Source: Octopus sinensis (Eukaryota). From it: a stretch of 14,785 nt of DNA. The notes below the pieces were generated by a model that saw only the letters and a list, made by a program, of their open reading frames with translations, was not told the DNA's origin and ran no database searches. The stretch is taken from assembly GCF_006345805.1 (NCBI RefSeq), contig NW_021825731.1, positions 1 to 14,785 of the forward strand. Reading direction: 5' to 3'. Position 1 is the first letter of the stretch. Each line of letters opens with the position of its first letter. The position numbers and the translations under genes were made by a program. Of this stretch, positions 8,905-14,785 are shown piece by piece.

Positions 8905-9150
8905 GGGCACATGGTCTAGTGGTTATGGTATTGAACTTACTTTTGCAAGATTGTGGTTTCAGTTCATGGACCAGGTGGTGCATTGTGTTCTTGAGCAAAA
9001 CACTTCATCTCTCCTCGCTCTGTGATGCCTGACGTGTGGTACATCGTACACCTGTCCAAGCAACATCGATTTGATGAAGGGACTGAGCAAATGTACGGCA
9101 CATACATTTTATCATTATCAATAAAATCATTTTGTGCAGGTCCTTTCGGC
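8905..9150 (+). mobile_element. tRNA-derived SINE, family D (CORE-like)
   Basis: A box TGGTCTAGTGG (8912-8922), degenerate B box GGTTTCAGTTC (8955-8965), CORE-like TGTGTTCTTGAGCAAAACACTT (8984-9005). The 3' limit is approximate. Confidence 0.75.
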
Positions 9151-9222
9151 TAGAAATTTCAGAACTGTCTTTCATGGATCACGAGAGGCTACCACCATGT
9201 ATGCATGTGTAGTAAATTTCGG

Positions 9223-9390
9223 ATTCCAGACACAGATGGAAGCCGATGTCGTGAGCATTGGAGCAACGGTGCACAAGTACAGTTTAGGTTGAACAGGACA
9301 CCTTGTTTGGATGAATGATCAGAGGATCTTTAAACAGATGCTATATGGTGAACTTTTTTGTGAAAAAGCGCCCCCCGGCAAAAAGCAGGA
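9223..9390 (+). mobile_element. RTE-clade LINE fragment (ORF2 C-terminal region), degenerate
   Basis: Across two small shifts it reads IPDT..EADVVSIGATVHK..FR.TGHLVWMNDQRIFKQMLYGEL, resembling the RTE/Bov-B C-terminal motif LRW.GH..RM...R..KQ.LYGEL. Confidence 0.7.
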
Positions 9391-9673
9391 CGACAATTCA
9401 CGTTCTCATTAAAGGCATGTGAGACGGCAGGTCAGTGGGGAAAGCAATGCTTTTCATCGCTACCAATGGAGTTACAAGTAAAGGAAAGAGCGGATATTTT
9501 CGAAACCCCCCCCCCCAAACAAAAAAGTTTTTGCGGCAGAATTTAAGCCAGTTGCTTGAAAACGCACAACCAATGGAGGGAAGCCTGGTCTGTAACATAG
9601 GCGGATGTGCATTTCTCTGTGTGTGTGTGTGTGTGTGGTGTGTGTGCGTATATAATGTATGTATGCATGTACA

Positions 9674-10020
9674 GGCGTGGTTGTGTGGTAAGAAGCCTGC
9701 TTTTGTCCCACTGCATGGCAACTTGGGCAAGTGTTTTCAAATACAACTCGGGTCGACCAAAGCCTTTTGATTGGATTTGGTAGAAGGAAGCGGAAAGAAG
9801 CCGTCGTGTGTATGTGTGTGTGTTTACATACATATATATATGTGTTTGCGTCTGTGTTTGGCCCCACCGATGTTGCTGTATTTCGGTCTTCGTAACTTAG
9901 CGGTTCGGCAAAAGAAAACCGATAGAATAAATGCTAGGCTTAAAAAAATAAGTCCTGGAGTGAATTTGTTCGACTAAAAACCCTTGGCTGCAGTCAAATG
10001 ACTGAAACAAATAAAAGAAT
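9674..10020 (+). mobile_element. SINE family B (CORE-like, internal TG tract), near full length, B box deleted
   Basis: GGCGTGGTTGTGTGGTAAGAAGC; a deletion removes the CCAACCACATGGTTCCGGGTTC segment; then CTTGGGCAAGTG, GGATTTGGTAGA, CGTAACTTAGCGGTTCGGCAAAAG, tail GCAGTCAAATGACTGAAACAA. Confidence 0.92.
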
Positions 10021-10242
10021 AATTCCTTTTAATATTTATCAATCTTGTTTTTCTGACAGGAAACAACTGTCACAAATAAAAGATTAGTTTCATAATAAAG
10101 AAATCTTTCTTCTATGCGTTACGCTCCTGACCTTTCTATTTACTAGTTTCAATCGAATTTCTAGAAGACATTTTGCATTACATTTATAGATATGTCATCT
10201 ATCTTTCTCTCTCCCCACTCCACCTACCTACCCACCCACCCA

Positions 10243-10280
<38 letters not shown>
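10243..10280. repeat. (TGTC)n microsatellite at the SINE 3' end
   Basis: About 9 TGTC units. The same motif recurs at 10664-10676 on the other side of the SINE. Confidence 0.9.
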
Positions 10281-10469
10281 ACTTGTTTCAGTCATTTGAC
10301 TGCGGCCGTGCTGGAGCACCGCCCTTAGTCGAGAAAATCGACCCCAGTACTTATTCTTTGTTAACCTAGTACTTATTCCATCGGTTCTCTTTTGCCGAAC
10401 TGCTAAGTTACGGGGACGTAAACACACCAGAATCGGTTGTCAAGCGATGTTGGGGTGACATACATACAT

Positions 10470-10500
<31 letters not shown>

Positions 10501-10664
10501 AATATACGACGGGATTCTTTCAGTTTCCATCTACCAAATCCATTCACAAGGCTTTGGTCGGCCTATAGCAGAAGACACTTGCCCAAGGTGCCACGCAGTG
10601 GGACTGAACCCGGAACCATGTGGTTGGTAAGCAAGCTATTTACCACACAGCCACTCCTACGCCT
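10281..10664 (-). mobile_element. SINE family B (CORE-like), full length, intact Pol III boxes
   Basis: Reverse complement AGGCGTAGGAGTGGCTGTGTGGTAAATAGC...GGTTCCGGGTTCAGTCCCACTGCGTGGCACCTTGGGCAAGTGTC...GGCGGTGCTCCAGCACGGCCGCAGTCAAATGACTGAAACAAGT. Confidence 0.95.
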
Positions 10665-10868
10665 GTCTGTCTGTCTATTAATCTATCTATCTATTAATAA
10701 TAATATGTTCTAATAATAGTATTCTAGGTCATAATGTTGTATAGCCTCATGTCAGGTTAAGTGCTATTAAACAGATCCACGTTAGAAGGTATTCCAGTCA
10801 TAGCCATCTCTCCAACTTATGTGTCTATAGGACATTATTCAATGTGTACTTGTCGCATCTAGGACAGT

Positions 10869-10874
<6 letters not shown>

Positions 10875-10899
<25 letters not shown>

Positions 10900-11002
10900 A
10901 TCTTTCCCTCTAAGTTTGTCCATTATCACGTGACAACCGGTGCCAGCTTGTTTATGATATCGTAACTTAGGGGTGAGGCAAAAGTGTACGAGACAGTAAG
11001 TA
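10875..11002 (+). mobile_element. SINE family B internal fragment including (TG)n, diverged
   Basis: (TG)n followed by TGACAACCGGTGC...CGTAACTTAGGGGTGAGGCAAAAG...TAAGTA, colinear with the middle of family B. Confidence 0.7.
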
Positions 11003-11009
11003 TATATAT

Positions 11010-11073
11010 CAGGTCATTATGAACCCAGAACCATGTGGTTGGGAAGCAAGCTTCTTACCACACAGTCACGCCT
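11010..11073 (-). mobile_element. Truncated SINE family B head (left arm of inverted pair)
   Basis: Reverse complement AGGCGTGACTGTGTGGTAAGAAGCTTGCTTCCCAACCACATGGTTCTGGGTTCA then ATAATGACCTG-type non-SINE sequence. Confidence 0.85.
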
Positions 11074-11084
11074 ATACATGTTTA

Positions 11085-11094
<10 letters not shown>

Positions 11095-11132
<38 letters not shown>
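11095..11132. repeat. (TA)n microsatellite
   Basis: Pure TA run of about 18 units. Confidence 0.92.
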
Positions 11133-11134
<2 letters not shown>

Positions 11135-11318
11135 CAGAGTTTACGAAAAAAAACAAAAGACGAAGACAGGTGGTGTACAAAACAAACAAATGTATTAGTA
11201 TAACGCTCAGGAATAGAAAGTCTTTTACATTTCGAGCCTACGGTCTTCTACAGAAAGGGACACAGAAAAAACAAGGAGAGAAACCAGGAGAGAAAAAAAT
11301 GTGTAGTGGCTACACGAT
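11132..11318 (-). mobile_element. Short non-coding repeat carrying a hammerhead-like motif; probable Penelope-like element terminal-repeat derivative
   Basis: A ~190-bp complex-sequence island between TA-rich tracts. It contains the TTTCGAG...TCTTC..CAG arrangement typical of the reverse strand of PLE-associated minimal hammerheads. Boundaries and class are inferred. Confidence 0.5.
11222..11257 (-). ncRNA. Minimal type-I hammerhead ribozyme-like motif, variant core, probably decayed copy
   Basis: Minus strand CUUU-CUGUAGA-A-GACC-GUAG-GCUC-GAAA-UGUA-AAAG. Stem I CUUU/AAAG; core CUGUAGA (canonical CUGANGA); stem II 3/4 paired; GAAA; predicted GUA cleavage between 11226 and 11225. Confidence 0.55.
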
Positions 11319-11490
11319 GTAAATATACATGTATGTATATATACAATGTAAATATACATGTATATATATATGTAAATATACGTGTATATATATATGTACG
11401 TATGCATATATATATAATATGTATGCAGGCATATACATGTATATATATATATACATGTGTGTAGATATATATATACACACACACATATAC
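11319..11490. repeat. Compound (TA)/(TG)/(CA) alternating purine-pyrimidine tract
   Basis: Low-complexity dinucleotide mosaic. Confidence 0.85.
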
Positions 11491-11492
11491 AA

Positions 11493-11552
11493 AGGCGTGA
11501 CAGTGGTAAGAAGCTTGCTTCACAACCAATGGATCGGGGTTCATAATGACCT
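11493..11552 (+). mobile_element. Truncated SINE family B head (right arm of inverted pair)
   Basis: AGGCGTGACAGTGGTAAGAAGCTTGCTTCACAACCAATGGATCGGGGTTCATAATGACCTG; same truncation point and same downstream sequence as the 11073 copy. Confidence 0.85.
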
Positions 11553-11609
11553 GATATATATACTTATGTGTATATATTTGTATGTATGTATATATAAATA
11601 CATGCATAT

Positions 11610-11640
<31 letters not shown>

Positions 11641-11645
11641 CAAAA

Positions 11646-11861
11646 GGCGGCGAGCTAACAGACTCGTTAGCACGCCGGGCGAAATGCGTAGCCGTATTTC
11701 GTCTGCCGTAACGTTCTGAGATCAAATTCCGCCGAGGTCGACTTTGCCTTTCATCCTTTCGGGGTCGATAAATTAAGTACCAGTTACGCCCTGGGGTCGA
11801 TGTAATCGACATAATCTGTTTGTCCCCTCTGTGTTTAGCCCCTTGTGGGCAGTAGTGAAAT
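11646..11861 (+). mobile_element. tRNA-derived SINE, family A, full length
   Basis: GGCGGCGAGCT...CGTTAGCACGCCGGGCGAAATGCGTAGCC...GAGATCAAATTCCGCCGAGGTCGACTTTGCCTTTCATCCTTTCGGGGTCGATAAATTAAGTACCAG...GCCCCTTGTGGGCAGTAGTGAAAT. Confidence 0.93.
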
Positions 11862-11862
11862 G

Positions 11863-11866
<4 letters not shown>

Positions 11867-11906
<40 letters not shown>

Positions 11907-12090
11907 TTATCGCCATCGTTATGATCATTAACATCTCCATTATCTTCATTGGCATCACCGTCGTTTTCATCATCATCGTATTTATTATCACCGTCGTTGT
12001 CCTCCCCCCTCCTAGTCTACCTCATCCTCCTCCCCATTCTCGTCCTCCTCCATCCCTTCCTCCACATCATAGTCATCATTATCATGTCCT
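11867..12090. repeat. (TA)n followed by degenerate (CAT)n and (CCT)n trinucleotide repeats
   Basis: TA run 11867-11902, then CAT/CGT/TAT triplets, CCT-rich 12001-12063, then CAT again. Confidence 0.85.
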
Positions 12091-12299
12091 CTCTTTTTCC
12101 TTCACCTCATCTGCAACAACATCTGTAATAGTAGAAGAAACAGCGTCAGCAAAACGATTTTGTTCGGCAAACGTTATCACATTGATCTCTTTCATATATT
12201 TTCTACTTTCTTTTAGTTTTATGAAATTTTCCTAATTGTTTCGCAACTGTAATCAATTTTTATTTCAATCTACGATCATTCAACAGATTTTCTTTGTAC

Positions 12300-12465
12300 T
12301 TACATATATATATATATTTACAAGTATGAATACATACACACATACGTGTATATATGTGCGTGTGTTCGTACCAAAAGCAGATACATATGTGCATATATAT
12401 ATATGCTATACATGTATATATGTGCATATATGTTATATGTATATGTGCATATATATATGTATATT
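12300..12465. repeat. Compound (TA)/(TG)/(CA) low-complexity tract
   Basis: Dinucleotide mosaic. Confidence 0.8.
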
Positions 12466-12470
12466 TTTTT

Positions 12471-12510
12471 TAGTTTAAGCTCAGAGCTGTGGCCATGCTG
12501 ATGCACCGCC
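12471..12510 (-). mobile_element. 3' tail of a SINE/LINE related to the family B tail (family E)
   Basis: Reverse complement GGCGGTGCATCAGCATGGCCACAGCTCTGAGCTTAAACTA; a second copy lies at 14696. Confidence 0.8.
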
Positions 12511-12589
12511 GTTTTGCTACACTGTTATTACTAAGAGCCTCCTCTAATATGTGGCACTTGTCCGTTTGATTGGACAATTTCTAAAAGTG

Positions 12590-12788
12590 GCTGAAGATTG
12601 CTCAACATTTTAAAACTGATGTAATACTTAGTGTTTAATAAAATGAAGTAGCATGAAACGATCGTACCACATTACTTCGGATATACTTGCTGCTTATTTT
12701 GATTATAATCACCTCACGGATTTATATGAATAATTCCATACAAAATTCTGGTGCCTTTGACTTAAGTACTATATTCATCTGAATCTAA
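12590..12788. mobile_element. Second copy (one arm) of the 7.5-kb long-inverted-repeat family
   Basis: GCATGAAACGATCGTACCACATTAC matches 7821-7845 directly. AATTCTGGTGCCTTTGACTTAAGTACTATATTCA and GCTGAAGATTGCTCAACATTTTAAA match the reverse complement of 7484-7515 and 7635-7659. Confidence 0.75.
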
Positions 12789-12837
12789 ATTTTGCTGAAC
12801 TTATACATATATGAACATATACATACATATATATATA

Positions 12838-14128
12838 CGAGGGGCGTTCAATAAGTAATGCCCCTGACCCACTTCCTATAGCAGTAGAGCAACGAAACTT
12901 CGCACAGTTATTAGTCTTTTTCTACATAGGAACCACCCAGAGTTACGCATTTCTACCATCGTTTGATGCAGCTCTGGAGACCGTTTTTATAGAAGACCCC
13001 AGCTTGGTCCTCCAACCTGAACGTGACTTCAGAAATCAAGGCTGCATCATCTGGGAAACGCTTTCCTTTCAAAAACAACTTCATGATTGGGAAGAGGTGA
13101 AAATCAGAGGGTGCAAGGTCAGGAAAGTAGGGGGGATGGGGAGGAGTTCATAGCCATACGCCTGTGCTTCTGATCTGGCGACAAGCGAGTTGTGGACCGG
13201 AGCGTTGTCCTGCAAGAGGAGGATGCCTTTGCTGATCTTGCCCCGCCTCTTGATTTTGATAACTTCTCTTAATTTCCTCAAAAGTGAAGCATAATAGGCT
13301 CCTGCAATTGTGGTACCCTTTGCCAGGAAATCTGTCATCACTACTCCGTCCTGGTCCCAGAAGACTGTGAGCATGACCTTGCCAGCGGAGGGCTGCACCC
13401 TTGCCTTCTTTGGAGGGGGTGAGTCACGATGCTTCCACTGCATTGACTGGGATTTGGTCTCTGGATCGTCGTGATGGACCCAGGTTTCATCCTGTGTAAT
13501 CAGTCTTTTGAAAAATTTTGACTCATCTTCTTGGCACATCTCCAAATTCACCCTCGAGCACTCGACGCGTTCTTGCTTCTGGAAAGGCGTGAGCAACCTG
13601 GGAATCCATCTGGCAGACACCTTTTGCATATGAAAATGGTCATGAATGATAGTTTCCACAGACCCGGTACTAATCTTGACCTCATGGGCTATTTGGCGAA
13701 TAATTATGCGTCGATCTTCCAAAATGGCAGCCTCAACTTGACGGACAGATGCCTCATCAATGGCAGAAGGGGGCGACCAGATCTGGGAGCTGTTTCCACA
13801 GAGTTCCGACCATGTTTGAATTCACGATGCCAGCGTTTTACAAGGTCATATGATGAAGCATCATCACCATAAGTTACTTTCATTTCATCAAAAGTCTCCC
13901 GTGGTGTGCGTCCTTTCAAATACAAAAACCGGATCACTGCTCGACACTCAACAGGCTCCATTTCACACTTGACTCGGTTCAAACACCTGTAAATAAGAAA
14001 CCACAATGAATTCAGAGCTGTAATTTGCCACTTACTCTATAGAGATATAAATAATTGCACATGCAAAATTTCAGCTAGATCAAACAACTGCAAGTGGGTC
14101 AGAGGTATTACTTATTGAACGTCCCTCG
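12838..14128 (-). mobile_element. Full-length mariner DNA transposon, 1291 bp, 37-bp TIRs, TA target duplication
   Basis: Left TIR CGAGGGGCGTTCAATAAGTAATGCCCCTGACCCACTT (12838-12874) vs right TIR (14092-14128): 34/37 identical. TA at 12836-12837 and 14129-14130. Confidence 0.97.
12911..13961 (-). pseudogene. Mariner transposase (~350 aa, DD34D), two -1 frameshifts and one late stop
   Basis: ATG at 13961. MEPVECRAVI...SGRP (shift ~13770)...WIPRLL...ITQDETW...LLQDNAPVH...LLP (shift ~13138) HPPYFPDLAPSDF...RW*KCVTLGGSYVEKD*. There are 34 residues between the second and third Asp after correction. Confidence 0.95.
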
Positions 14129-14139
14129 TATATATATAT

Positions 14140-14174
<35 letters not shown>

Positions 14175-14425
14175 AATAATAAATGTGTATATGTGCATAT
14201 ATATGTATTTATGTGTGGTATATATATATATAATATACACACACACAGACTATATATGTATATTCATGTGCATATATATAGTATATTCATGTGCATATAT
14301 ATATGTGTATATATATATATATATACTATATACGTGTATATATTATACATAGTGCATATATATATCTATATAGTGTATATATATATATATCTATATATAC
14401 GTGTATAGATATATATACTATATAC

Positions 14426-14461
<36 letters not shown>

Positions 14462-14680
14462 GTGTATATATATATATATATATATACTATATACGTATAT
14501 ATATATATATATATACTATATACGTGTATATATATATATATATATATAACTATATACGTGTATATATATATATATACTATATACTATATATATATATATA
14601 TATATATATGTGTATATATATATATATATACTATATATGTGTATATATATATATATATACTATTATGTGTATATTGATTG
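14129..14680. repeat. (TA)n-based compound satellite with recurrent CTATATACGTG unit
   Basis: About 10 exact or degenerate (TA)CTATATACGTG units separated by TA runs of variable length. Confidence 0.88.
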
Positions 14681-14695
14681 ATTGATTTATTGATT

Positions 14696-14737
14696 CTAGT
14701 TTCAGCTTATGAGCTGTGGCCATGCTGGGGCACCGCC
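14696..14737 (-). mobile_element. 3' tail of family E SINE/LINE; the element probably continues beyond the window
   Basis: Reverse complement GGCGGTGCCCCAGCATGGCCACAGCTCATAAGCTGAAACTAG followed by an (ATCA)n-like tail. Confidence 0.82.
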
Positions 14738-14785
14738 ATTTGGTGTTGCTACTTGGTTTCACTTCATGGAGGCTTTCTAGCAACT

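Noticed and set aside
10060-10095. Polypyrimidine tract plus CAG acceptor followed by ETTVTNKRLVS*
   Set aside because: Too short and unsupported without transcript data.
10720-10870. Segment that may be another dispersed repeat (AGGTATTCCAGTCATAGCCATC)
   Set aside because: Only one copy in the window and no diagnostic motif, so it cannot be supported from this sequence alone.
11225-12506. ORFs rich in Y/I/C/V/H/T in the ORF track (also 7249-7476, 9398-9977, 14193-14685)
   Set aside because: Artefacts of translating TA/CA/TG microsatellites and SINEs, which lack stop codons in some frames.
13531-13872. 113-aa plus-strand ORF within the mariner, and similar antisense ORFs within the LINE
   Set aside because: Antisense shadows of the transposase and ORF2 reading frames with no motif of their own.
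14320-14670. Repeat-spacer periodicity superficially like a CRISPR array
   Set aside because: The spacers are pure (TA)n, the repeats are ~11 nt, the context is eukaryotic and there are no cas genes.

Overview
AT-rich eukaryotic DNA, intergenic or intronic and almost entirely repeat-derived. It is probably from a coleoid cephalopod (Octopus-like); this is inferred from the SINE consensus types and the microsatellite load and was not confirmed by any search. No host exon could be supported. The window contains: (1) a 5'-incomplete Tx1/L1-type LINE (ORF1 zinc knuckle; ORF2 APE-RT-CCHC) at 1-~4410, whose ORF2 is broken only by small indels; (2) a second, divergent Tx1-type 3' fragment on the minus strand (5720-6425) that the ORF track misses; (3) about 15 copies or fragments of at least three tRNA-derived SINE families, two of them CORE-like; (4) an RTE-type LINE fragment; (5) a long-inverted-repeat (MITE-like) family in two copies; (6) a full-length 1291-bp mariner with 37-bp TIRs and TA duplication; (7) many microsatellites. 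The most interesting locus is 10997-11566. It holds a minimal type-I hammerhead-like motif with a variant core on the minus strand, bracketed by two outward-facing truncated SINE heads whose outer 30 nt form a perfect inverted repeat. Compensatory base changes are also visible in two SINE RNA hairpins.
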